Positions 38,170 to 47,348 of a stretch of 64,000 nt of DNA are shown piece by piece. How positions within the stretch are numbered: position 1 is the stretch's first letter; each line of letters starts with the position of its first letter. The stretch is taken from contig OY969695.1 in assembly GCA_963701965.1 (NCBI GenBank), positions 1,920,001 through 1,984,000 on the forward strand, written 5' to 3'. The notes beneath the pieces are model-generated. The model saw nothing but the letters and a program-made list of their open reading frames with translations. It did no database searches and had not been told where the DNA came from. A program made the translations under genes and the position numbers. The DNA comes from an uncultured Gemmatimonadales bacterium (GTDB lineage Bacteria; Gemmatimonadota; Gemmatimonadetes; Gemmatimonadales; Gemmatimonadaceae).

Positions 38170-40881
38170 ATGCCTTCTCGCAAACTCGAGGAGTATCGCA
38201 AGAAGCGCGACTTCACGAAGACCGCCGAGCCGGCCGGCAAAGCGCACGCCACGCGCGCCGCCGGCGAACTGGCCTTCGTGATCCAGAAGCACGCCGCTAC
38301 CGCGCTGCACTTCGATCTCCGCCTCGAGCTCGACGGCGTGATGAAGAGCTGGGCGGTCCCCAAGGGGCCCAGCCTCGACCCCGCGGTCAAGCGCCTCGCC
38401 ATGGAAGTCGAGGACCATCCCATCGAGTACAACTCGTTCGAGGGGACGATACCAAAGGGCGAGTACGGCGGCGGCAGCGTCATGCTCTGGGATCGCGGCA
38501 CCTACAGCGCCAATGAGATCGCCGCCGGTGAAAGCGAGCCCCAAGCCATCGAAGCGGGCCTGGCGACCGGCAAACTCGCCTTCACGTTCCACGGGCAACG
38601 CCTGCACGGCTCGTTCGCGCTGGTGCGCACGAGAGGCACCGGCTCCAAGCCCCAGTGGCTGCTCATCAAGCATCGCGACCAACACGCGGACCCGGGCTCG
38701 GACATCGTCGCCGAGTATACCACGTCCGTTGCGACCGGCCGGACAATGGACGAGATCGCGACGGGCGCCGTTCCTCTGCGCGAAGCCGACGACCATCCGA
38801 GAGACGCCACCTGGACCCGCTCGGCCGAAACAAAGGCCGGGACGATCAGCCGGGTAAAGCAGCCGGCACCGACCAAACACACTCCGCCGCCGAAGGCCAC
38901 GAAGAGCGTCAGCACGAAGCGCGGCGCAAGGCGCGGCGAAGCCGCCGGCATTGAACCAATGCTCGCCTCCGTCGGCACCGAGCTCCCCGCCGGCAAAGGC
39001 TGGACGTTCGAGCCCAAGTACGACGGCATCCGCGTGATCGCCTACGCGACGCCGTCGCAGGTCGCGCTGATCACGCGCAACGGCATCGACAAGACCCGCC
39101 AGTTCCCGGAAATCGCGGAGGCCCTCAAGACGCTGGCCACGCGCCGGAAAGCGGACCTCGTGCTCGACGCCGAAGTCGTGGCGCTGGCCAACGGAAACCC
39201 CGCCAGGTTCCAGGCGCTTCAAAACCGCATTCACCTCACCAAGCCCAATGCCGTCGAGCTGCGCGAGGAAGACGAACCCGCCGCGCTCATCGCGTTCGAT
39301 CTCCTCGCCGACGGCCACGCCCCGCTCCTTTCGGAGCCGTGGACGACCCGGCGTCAGGCGCTCGAGCGCCGGCTCGGCGACGTCACCACCGGCGCGCTAC
39401 GCTTGGGCGAGACCAGCCCGGACGGCGAAGCAATGCTGGCGCGCGCGCGCGAAGCCGGTTGGGAGGGCGTGATGGCCAAACGCACCGACTCCCGCTACGA
39501 CCCCGGGCACCGCACCCGGGCCTGGATGAAACTCAAGATCGAGGAGCGCCAGGAGTTCGTCGTCGGCGGATGGACCGACCCGCGCCTCTCCCGGGTGCTG
39601 CTTGGCGCCCTGCTCATCGGCTACTACAAGGGATCGGACCTCCTCTACGCGGGACACGTCGGCGGCGGCTTCACCGACGGCGACCTTCGCGCCATGCACA
39701 AGCGCCTGATGCCACTGGCCCGTAAGACGTCGCCCTTCTCCACGATCCCCAAATCGAACGAACCCGCCCACTGGGTCGAGCCCAAGGTCGTGGTCGAGGT
39801 CAAGTTCAGCGAATGGACCGGCGACGGCCGGCTCCGCCACCCCGTCTTCGTGGGAGTCCGCGATGACAAATCGGCCAAGACCGTGACCCGCGAGCCCGAG
39901 AGCATCCAACACGCCCCCGACGACGACGCCGGCGACAACGCGCTCGTCGCCGCGTTGCTCGAGATCGAGCGCGGCGGAGGCGACGGCACAATCCGCATCG
40001 GGAAGTCGAGCCTCAATGTGTCGAACCTGGGCAAGAAGTTCTTCCCCAAGGATGGCTACACCAAGGGCGATCTCCTGCGCTTCTACGCCCGCATCGCCGA
40101 CGCGATCGTGCCGACGATGACCGACCGGCCCCTCGTCCTCAAACGCTTTCCCAACGGCATCGAGGGAAAACCGTTCTATCAGCAAAATGCGCCCGATACC
40201 GTGCCCGAGGGCGTACGCGTCGAGACCATCAAGGAAGCCGACGGCGACCGCGTGCATCGCTTCGTCGGCGGGTCGCTCGTGACCCTGCTCTACACTGTGC
40301 AGCTCGCCAGCATCTCCGTCGACCCGTGGATGGCGCGCCTCCAGTCAATGGACACGCCGGACTACACGGTGATCGACCTCGACCCGGGACCCGACGCGCC
40401 GTTTCGGCGCGTCGTCGACGTCGCCCGATTCGTCAAAGAAGAGTTGGACGCCTTGGGCCTGCACGGCGTGCCAAAGACATCGGGCGCGTCCGGCATTCAC
40501 ATCTATCTGCCCTTGCCGCCCAAGACGTCCGAAGAGTCGGCGCGCCTCATCGCCCAACTCATCGCCACGCGCGTCGCCCAGAAACACCCACAAGAGGCGA
40601 CGATAGAACGAAAAGTCCAATCGCGGCCTTCCGGCACGGTCTACGTCGACTATCTCCAGAACATCGTCGGGAAGACTGTCGCCGGCGTCTACGCCGTGCG
40701 CGCCGTCGACGGCGCCCACGTCTCCACGCCCCTGGAATGGTCGGAGTTGACCGATGACCTCGAGCCGTCCGCGTTCACGATCCGCACATTCCCCCGGCGC
40801 CTCGCCGCGCGCGGCGATCTGTGGGCCCAGGGGATGAAGATGCGGAATACGGCGAGGGCGCTGCGGGCGCTTACGACGTGA
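38170..40881 (+). CDS. ligD: NHEJ DNA ligase D (phosphoesterase-ligase-polymerase)
   Basis: PE: FVIQKHAATALHFDLRLE...SWAVPKGPS; ligase: FEPKYDGIR, EGVMAKR; primase/polymerase: KRFPNGI, IDLDP, KTSGASGIH, YVDYLQN. Confidence 0.95.
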   Translation: MPSRKLEEYRKKRDFTKTAEPAGKAHATRAAGELAFVIQKHAATALHFDLRLELDGVMKSWAVPKGPSLDPAVKRLAMEVEDHPIEYNSFEGTIPKGEYGGGSVMLWDRGTYSANEIAAGESEPQAIEAGLATGKLAFTFHGQRLHGSFALVRTRGTGSKPQWLLIKHRDQHADPGSDIVAEYTTSVATGRTMDEIATGAVPLREADDHPRDATWTRSAETKAGTISRVKQPAPTKHTPPPKATKSVSTKRGARRGEAAGIEPMLASVGTELPAGKGWTFEPKYDGIRVIAYATPSQVALITRNGIDKTRQFPEIAEALKTLATRRKADLVLDAEVVALANGNPARFQALQNRIHLTKPNAVELREEDEPAALIAFDLLADGHAPLLSEPWTTRRQALERRLGDVTTGALRLGETSPDGEAMLARAREAGWEGVMAKRTDSRYDPGHRTRAWMKLKIEERQEFVVGGWTDPRLSRVLLGALLIGYYKGSDLLYAGHVGGGFTDGDLRAMHKRLMPLARKTSPFSTIPKSNEPAHWVEPKVVVEVKFSEWTGDGRLRHPVFVGVRDDKSAKTVTREPESIQHAPDDDAGDNALVAALLEIERGGGDGTIRIGKSSLNVSNLGKKFFPKDGYTKGDLLRFYARIADAIVPTMTDRPLVLKRFPNGIEGKPFYQQNAPDTVPEGVRVETIKEADGDRVHRFVGGSLVTLLYTVQLASISVDPWMARLQSMDTPDYTVIDLDPGPDAPFRRVVDVARFVKEELDALGLHGVPKTSGASGIHIYLPLPPKTSEESARLIAQLIATRVAQKHPQEATIERKVQSRPSGTVYVDYLQNIVGKTVAGVYAVRAVDGAHVSTPLEWSELTDDLEPSAFTIRTFPRRLAARGDLWAQGMKMRNTARALRALTT

Positions 40882-43609
40882 AGGCGCCGGGCGCCAGCAC
40901 GCCCAACGCGCGCTCGGCGAGCATGGCGCCCATCGCATCGCCCGAGAGCGGACGGGCGAAGTAGTACCCCTGTCCCAGTTGGCAGCCGAGTGCTTGCAAG
41001 CCGTCCAGCTGCTCCTGCACCTCGATGCCTTCGGCGATCGTCCGCAAGCACAACGTCTCGCCGAGGGCGATGATGGCGCGCGCCAGGGCGGGTTCGGCTT
41101 TCATGCCGCCGATGCCGTCGACGAACGGCTTGGCGATCTTGAGAATGTCGATCGGGAAGCGCTGCAGATAGGACAGCGATGAGTAGCCCGTCCCGAAATC
41201 ATCGATCGCCAGCCGCACCCCGACCTGCTTGAGGGCCTCCAACCGTTGGAGCATGACGTCGGCGTTTTGCATGAGCACGCTCTCGGTGATCTCCAGCACG
41301 AGGCGGCTCGCCGGCCAGCCGCAGTCCTCGAGCGCGCCGCGAACGACTTCCACGACCCCGGCATGTTGGAGTTGATGCCCCGAAACGTTCACGGTCATCG
41401 TGAACCCCGCGTCGACCCGCGGGTCCCAGACGCGCGCTTGGCGACACGCCTCGCGGAGCACCCACACGCCGAGGGGAACAATGAGCCCCGTTTCCTCGGC
41501 CAGCGGGATGAATTGCGCCGGGTACACCAGCCCTCGCCGCGGGTGATTCCACCGGCACAGCGCCTCGACTCCCGAGACGGCGCCGGTCTTGAGATCAATG
41601 ATCGGCTGGTAGACCAGCGAGAACTCGTCGCGATCCACGGCCCGCCGGAGATCGCCCTCGATCTCCAAGCGTTCCAACGCTTCGCGGTGCATGCGATCCT
41701 CGAACAGCGCGTAGCGCGCCTTCCCGCGGCCCTTGGCGGTATACATCGCCATGTCGGCATTCCGCAGCAGGTCCGACGCGGTGCCGGGGCCTTCGCCATC
41801 CGCGAGCGTGCCATCGGCGATGCCGACACTCGCCGACACGAAGATCTCCTTGCCTTCGACGGTGAACGGCGCCTCCATGGCGGTCGTGATCCGTTCCGCG
41901 ACCGCCGGCGCCGAGTGCTCGCCGACGGCGTTCTCGAGGAGCACGGCGAACTCGTCGCCACCGAGACGCGCCGCCGTATCGCTGGTCCGCACGCACCCGA
42001 CGAGTCGGACGGCGGCCGCCACCAGCAGCCGGTCGCCCGCCACGTGTCCCAGGCTGTCGTTGATGGTCTTGAAGTTGTCGAGATCGATGAACAGCACCGC
42101 GATCGACGATCGCGTGCGCCGGGCCCGGGCCAGCGCGTGCGTGACGCGATCGACGAACAAGGACCGGTTGGCCAGGCCCGTCAGCGGGTCATGGAAGGCC
42201 TGGAGCTTGAGCTGCGCTTCGAGCAGCCGCCGTTCGCTGACATCGCGCGTGTTGATGACGATGCCGCGCACGGTGGGATCGTGCAGCAGATTGGTGCCCA
42301 CGGTCTCCAGATCGAGCCAGCGCCCATCGCGATGCCGCACGCGCCATTCGACCGGCTCCGTCGGCTCGCCCGGCCCGCCGGCGGCCATGCCATTGCGCGA
42401 CAGGATTTCGCGGCCGCGGCTGCGGTCATCCGGATGCAGCAGATCGAGCAACGACCGCCCGTGCAACTCCGGGGCGTCGTACCCCAGCACGCGTTTGATC
42501 GACGGGCTGACGAATTGCACCGCGCCGTCGGCATCGATGATGGCAATGACGTCCGAGGAGTGCTGGATCAGCGACCGGAAGCGCGCTTCGTTGACCTCGG
42601 TCGCCCGCAGCGCCACCAGCCGCGCGTTCTCGCGCACGGCCTGCACCTGTCGAAGCACGACGAGAAACGTGAGCACCATGGCGCTCACGGTGAGCGCCGA
42701 CAGCCGGGTTGTGGGGTGGCGGCCCGCTTCCAGCAGCACCAGCACGTAGCACAGGGTGAGCGAGACGTACGGCAGAGGACTGAACGGTTGCGCCATCGCC
42801 TCCGGTCCATCCGGCGCCGGCGGCGGCACGGGATCGAACACGTACCGGTAGCACGCCACCGCCAGGAGGCAGTAGGCCGCCATGAACGTCACATCGGTCC
42901 ACCCGGAGACCCATTCGCCGATCTCCTGGATCACGTTCTCGCTGGCCAGATCGGACAGGATGTAGAGCGCCATGCCGGCCAGGAGCAGGTGGAGCGCCCG
43001 GCGCTGGCCGCGCATCGGCCGCCGGAGGAGCGCGGTCACGAGGCCGGAGATGACGAGCAGGTCGCCAACCGGATAGGCAATGTTGAAAAACGTCTCGGGC
43101 GAGCTGCGTTCCCCGGTCAGCGCGGTCGGGATGACCACCAGGTACCAGGCCGCCAGGCCGCCGCCAATGAGCACGACAATGGCGTCGAACAGGAATTTGC
43201 GGTGTTCGCCCCGGGCCCGGGGCGCGCGCGGCAGCGTGAGCAGGGCGATCGTCGTGAGGGGGTAGAACACGGCGAACGGCACGTTCGGCCACCACATGCG
43301 ATCGGGATCGGCGTGGCGCACGTGGTGGATGAACGCGGCGATCCCGTTGGCGAGCATGGCGACGGCGATGGCCGCGGCCAGGAGCGCCATGCAGCGGCGC
43401 ACCTCGGATACGGGCGCGCGCCGGGCGGCGTGCCAGGCGAGCGCCATGAGGGCGAGGTTGACAGGAACGAATTGCAGGCCGGCGATCTGTCCCCGGAGGC
43501 CCCCGCCCCATTCCGGAGCGAGCCACCCGGCGGTCAGCCACAGCCAGTAGATCACCGCATAGGCGATGACCCCCGCCGCGATCCATCGCCACGCGCGCCG
43601 GTTCCACAT
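40871..43609 (-). CDS. Membrane-bound PAS-GGDEF-EAL c-di-GMP metabolism protein
   Basis: N-terminal multi-TM domain, PAS (FRSLIQHSSDVI), RLGGDEF, VEALCRW, AIDDFGTGYSSLSYL. Confidence 0.93.
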   Translation of the reverse strand: MWNRRAWRWIAAGVIAYAVIYWLWLTAGWLAPEWGGGLRGQIAGLQFVPVNLALMALAWHAARRAPVSEVRRCMALLAAAIAVAMLANGIAAFIHHVRHADPDRMWWPNVPFAVFYPLTTIALLTLPRAPRARGEHRKFLFDAIVVLIGGGLAAWYLVVIPTALTGERSSPETFFNIAYPVGDLLVISGLVTALLRRPMRGQRRALHLLLAGMALYILSDLASENVIQEIGEWVSGWTDVTFMAAYCLLAVACYRYVFDPVPPPAPDGPEAMAQPFSPLPYVSLTLCYVLVLLEAGRHPTTRLSALTVSAMVLTFLVVLRQVQAVRENARLVALRATEVNEARFRSLIQHSSDVIAIIDADGAVQFVSPSIKRVLGYDAPELHGRSLLDLLHPDDRSRGREILSRNGMAAGGPGEPTEPVEWRVRHRDGRWLDLETVGTNLLHDPTVRGIVINTRDVSERRLLEAQLKLQAFHDPLTGLANRSLFVDRVTHALARARRTRSSIAVLFIDLDNFKTINDSLGHVAGDRLLVAAAVRLVGCVRTSDTAARLGGDEFAVLLENAVGEHSAPAVAERITTAMEAPFTVEGKEIFVSASVGIADGTLADGEGPGTASDLLRNADMAMYTAKGRGKARYALFEDRMHREALERLEIEGDLRRAVDRDEFSLVYQPIIDLKTGAVSGVEALCRWNHPRRGLVYPAQFIPLAEETGLIVPLGVWVLREACRQARVWDPRVDAGFTMTVNVSGHQLQHAGVVEVVRGALEDCGWPASRLVLEITESVLMQNADVMLQRLEALKQVGVRLAIDDFGTGYSSLSYLQRFPIDILKIAKPFVDGIGGMKAEPALARAIIALGETLCLRTIAEGIEVQEQLDGLQALGCQLGQGYYFARPLSGDAMGAMLAERALGVLAPGAFTS

Positions 43610-43663
43610 ATAGTAAGGGACGCGGGAGGCCGACGGCCGAAACGGAAATACGAGCGGGAAAAG

Positions 43664-45061
43664 CTAGGCCGTCGGCGTCTGCCGATGCTCTTCCTCGGCC
43701 AACGACAGCTCGCCCGCGCTATCGTCGTACGTGAAGAACTCGGCGTACCGGCCCCAATCGACCACGGTCTCGAATTGCCGGCGCGCTTCTTCGCCGCTGA
43801 ACGAGTGTTCGAGGTCGTCGAGCACGCGTTCGGCTTCCAGCGTGTGGGTCGGACTGGCTTCCAGCTCCCGCATGATGTACCGCAGCAGCGACACGTGCTC
43901 CAGCGCCACTTCCCGGAAAATCGACTTCTCGGCCTCGACGTCCGGCGCGTCGGCGAACCGGCGGCCGATCGGGGTCAGGATCACCTGGCGCTCCTGCAAA
44001 TCGGCGAACCCGAGGAGATCGGTGGCCTCGACCAGCGCCAGGAGGTCGTCCGTCCGCATTTGCAGGTCTCGGGACAACTCGTGCACCGTACCCCGGCCGC
44101 CGTTGGCCACGGCGAGATACTGGACGAAGCTCGTGAGGTCGTCGATCCCGACGTCGGGCAGGGTCTGGTACCGCCGGGGGCGGATGGCCGCCGAGACGCG
44201 GGCCGGCGCTTCGGCCGGACGCCCCGCTTCGGCCAGGCGCTGGGCGAGGTAGGCGGTCGCGTCTTCCTCGGGGTTGGTCATCACGTGGTAGATCGTGTCG
44301 ACCAGCCTGCCGCGGGCGGCGCCCTTCTCCCGGCGCTCGGCGGGCGGTAACCCCTTGAGCTCGACGCGGATATGGCCCGGGTTGGCCCCGAACACCAGAA
44401 TGCGGTCGGCGAGGGCCACGGCCTCGTCGATGTTGTGCGTGACGAGGAGAATGGCCTTCGTGGGAATCGACCGTGCGGTCCACAGCTCCTGCAGTTCCTG
44501 GCGCAGATTCTCGGCGGTCAGCACGTCCAGCGCCGAGAAGGGCTCGTCCATGAACAGCACTTCGGGCTGGACGACGAGAGCGCGGGCGAACCCGACCCGT
44601 TGTTTCATGCCGCCGGACAGCTCCTTCGGAAACGCTTCCTCGAAGCCCGCGAGGCCGATCAGCTCGATGGCCTGTTGCGCCCGGTCGCGCCGCTCGGCCG
44701 GCGACAGCGGGGACGCCAGGAGACCGAGTTGGACGTTGTCGAACACCGTGAGCCACGGAAACAGCGCGAAGCTCTGAAAGACGATGGCGACGTTTTCGTT
44801 CGAGCCACGCAGCGGCTCGCCGTGCACCAGCACCCGGCCTTCCGACGGCTCCATCAGACCAGCGAGGACGCGCAGGAGCGTCGACTTGCCCGAACCGGAC
44901 GGCCCCAGGAGGGCGACGAACTCTCCGGCGCGGAGATCGACGCTCACGTTGTCGAGCACCGGTGTGCGATCGTCCCCGTAGTATTGACGCACGCTTTCGG
45001 CCGCCAGCAAAACGGAGCCGGTGGCGATCGTAGCGGGCGTGGGTTCGAACGCGAGTGTCAT
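43664..45061 (-). CDS. Nitrate/sulfonate/bicarbonate-type ABC ATPase with C-terminal AAA-associated domain
   Basis: GPSGSGKST, ELSGGMKQRVGFARAL, FMDEPFSALD; C-terminal WGRYAE. Confidence 0.9.
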   Translation of the reverse strand: MTLAFEPTPATIATGSVLLAAESVRQYYGDDRTPVLDNVSVDLRAGEFVALLGPSGSGKSTLLRVLAGLMEPSEGRVLVHGEPLRGSNENVAIVFQSFALFPWLTVFDNVQLGLLASPLSPAERRDRAQQAIELIGLAGFEEAFPKELSGGMKQRVGFARALVVQPEVLFMDEPFSALDVLTAENLRQELQELWTARSIPTKAILLVTHNIDEAVALADRILVFGANPGHIRVELKGLPPAERREKGAARGRLVDTIYHVMTNPEEDATAYLAQRLAEAGRPAEAPARVSAAIRPRRYQTLPDVGIDDLTSFVQYLAVANGGRGTVHELSRDLQMRTDDLLALVEATDLLGFADLQERQVILTPIGRRFADAPDVEAEKSIFREVALEHVSLLRYIMRELEASPTHTLEAERVLDDLEHSFSGEEARRQFETVVDWGRYAEFFTYDDSAGELSLAEEEHRQTPTA

Positions 45062-46826
45062 CAGTCCAGACGGTAGCGGGTCGCGGCCAGGGCGTACAGA
45101 CGGCGCCAGACGAGCCGATTTCCTGTGATGACGATCCCGGCCATCACCAACGTACCGGCCAGGAGCATCGGGAAGTTCCCTTTGTCGGCCGAATCGGTGA
45201 TGATCGCCCCGAGACCGACCGTGCTGACGGTACGGTGCTGCACGGTTACCAGCTCCGAGACGATGCTGGTGTTCCAGGCGCCGCCGGTCGCCGTGATCAT
45301 CCCGGTGACAAGGTACGGAAAGATCGCGGGCAGTATCAACGTCTTCCAGCGGCGCCACCCGGTCACCCGGTACGTGATGGCGGCCTCGCGCAGGTCCGAT
45401 GGGATCGCCATGGCACCGGCGACGACGTTGAAGAGGACATACCACTGGGTCCCCAGCAGCATCAGGAGGATGGCGGCGACGTTCAGACCGCCAGGCAGGC
45501 CGATAAGGATCGCCAGCAAAATCGGGAACACGGCCGTCGCCGGGACGGAGGCGATGACCTGGATGATCGGTTGGGCGCGGCGGGCCAACTTGGGGTTGAG
45601 GCCAATGGCAACGCCGGCGGGGATCGTCCAGGCGGCGGCCAATACCAGCGCGGTGAGCGTGCGCAGGAACGTGGCGCCGGCGCCGAGGGCGACGCTGCGC
45701 CAGTCTTGGGCGGGGAGGGCGGCTAGCTCTTGGACCGCGGCGATCGCCCCCCAGAGCACGAGGCCGCACACGATGATGATCACCGTGGTGCTCTTCCAGT
45801 AGCCGCGCCATCCGGTGGGGGTGGTCCCGGGTCTTCGTACTCGATGCGGGGCTCGCGGGGTTTGCTCAGGATCCGGTCGAGGGCGTGCATCATGGGGTCG
45901 AGCCAGTGGGCCTGCAGCCATTCGAGCATGGCCGATCCTTCCAGAGCTTCCAAGATCGCGGATCGTGGGGCGTCGCCCGTGCCGGATTGTTCGAACTTGA
46001 ACCGGTCGGACCAGGCCACCAGGGGACGCCACAGGAGCTGGTCGAGGCCGATGATGATGACGACGAGGGCGAGGAGGGCGAGCAGGAGGGCGACGGTGTC
46101 GCCGGCCCGGGCGGCTTCCTGGAGATACGATCCCAGGCCCGGCAGCTCGTAGCTGTCCTTGCCGAGGGGCCCCTGTTCGGCGGCGATCAGGAAGAACCAG
46201 CCGCCGGCCCAGCTCATCATGCTGTTGGCGATCAAGGAGATCGCGCCAAAGGGGAGCTCGAGTCGCGTGAACCGGCGCCAGGCGCCGAGGCGGTAAACGC
46301 GGGCGGCCTCGCTCAGGTCCTGGGGGATCGTGAGCAGGGACTGATGGAAGCTGAACGCGAGGTTCCAGGCCTGGCTCGTGAAGATCAGGATGATCGCGGC
46401 GAGCTCGAGTCCGACGGCCTTGCCCGGGAAGAGGGCGGCCAGGCCGAAGACGACGCCCGGCATGAACGACAGGATCGGGATGCTCTGGAGAATGTCGAGC
46501 AGCGGCAGCAGGAAACGCTCGGCGGTCCGGCTGGCGGCGGCGATCTTGGCGTAGGCGAGGCTGAAGACCAGCGAGATGACGTAGGCGAACGTCATCCGCA
46601 GGGTCGAGAGGGCGGCGTAGAGGGGAAGGTGCCAGAGATCGAGGGAGATCCTGGTGCCGAGGGCCAGTGGGGCGCGCCAGCTCATCACGGCGCGCAGCAC
46701 CCCGTAGCCCATCGCCAGCACGACCAGCAGCATCACCGCGTCGACCCAACGGGGCGTCAGGCGACGCCCCGCGACCGGGCCCGTTGGGGACTCGGCGGGG
46801 AGGACGGGAATGATGGGCTGGGCCAT
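45061..46826 (-). pseudogene. Duplicated-domain ABC anion permease split by a 1-nt frameshift at ~45817-45821 (possibly an assembly error)
   Basis: The N-half (LDILQSIPILSF, NSMMSWAGGWFFL) and C-half (QVIASVPATAVFP, GTQWYVLFNV, GGAWNTSIVSE) are in different frames that cross at a C5 run. Confidence 0.85.
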
Positions 46827-47243
46827 GGCGGCCGGAACATACACGGCCACCCGCGTGGGTCCAACACCGCCGCCCGTAACGGGGGTGAAACCCCCACCCC
46901 CGTCTCACCCCGCGCCGATCATCTCCCGCCCTTCACCTGACCGCAATCAGGGTGCACCCATCGGCATATCGCGCATGTCGCATCGCCTCGCGCATCATGC
47001 GTCGGTCCACGGCACCACGCGCTCGTTCGCGTGATCCACGAACAAGCACGGTGATAATTCGTCGCAGGCGGCCTGCTGTACCGAGACGCCGGAGACGAAT
47101 TATCAGCGTGCGACGTGGGCCGCGCGCAGTTTCCCGTCAAGAAGATGTTGTGGTCGACAGACGAGATGCTGACACGACCACTCCGTTGTCACAGCACTGT
47201 GATACCGCCGTCGGCGTCTCGTGTCAGACGCGGTGCCCGATCG

Positions 47244-47272
47244 TTGACTTGTCCAACCTGAGGTGGTATTCG
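47244..47272 (+). promoter_or_regulatory. Sigma70-like promoter of susC copy 1
   Basis: TTGACT-N17-TATTCG with TG extension; conserved upstream of the paralog at 61172. Confidence 0.6.
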
Positions 47273-47348
47273 AGCGCCGCACCACCGGCGCTCCGCCCAC
47301 ATCGGGGCACACCGCGCCGCGTGCATCACTCTCTTTTCCCCAGAGGAG

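Noticed and set aside
38170..40881. ligD without an adjacent ku gene as a novel arrangement
   Set aside because: ku is often unlinked and may lie elsewhere in the genome; the domain order is a known LigD type.
41246..44350. 1034-aa + strand ORF, and similar long ORFs (16766..18982, 30039..32495, 47418..49607, 59109..60785)
   Set aside because: Antisense shadows of well-supported genes in high-GC DNA; no recognisable motifs.
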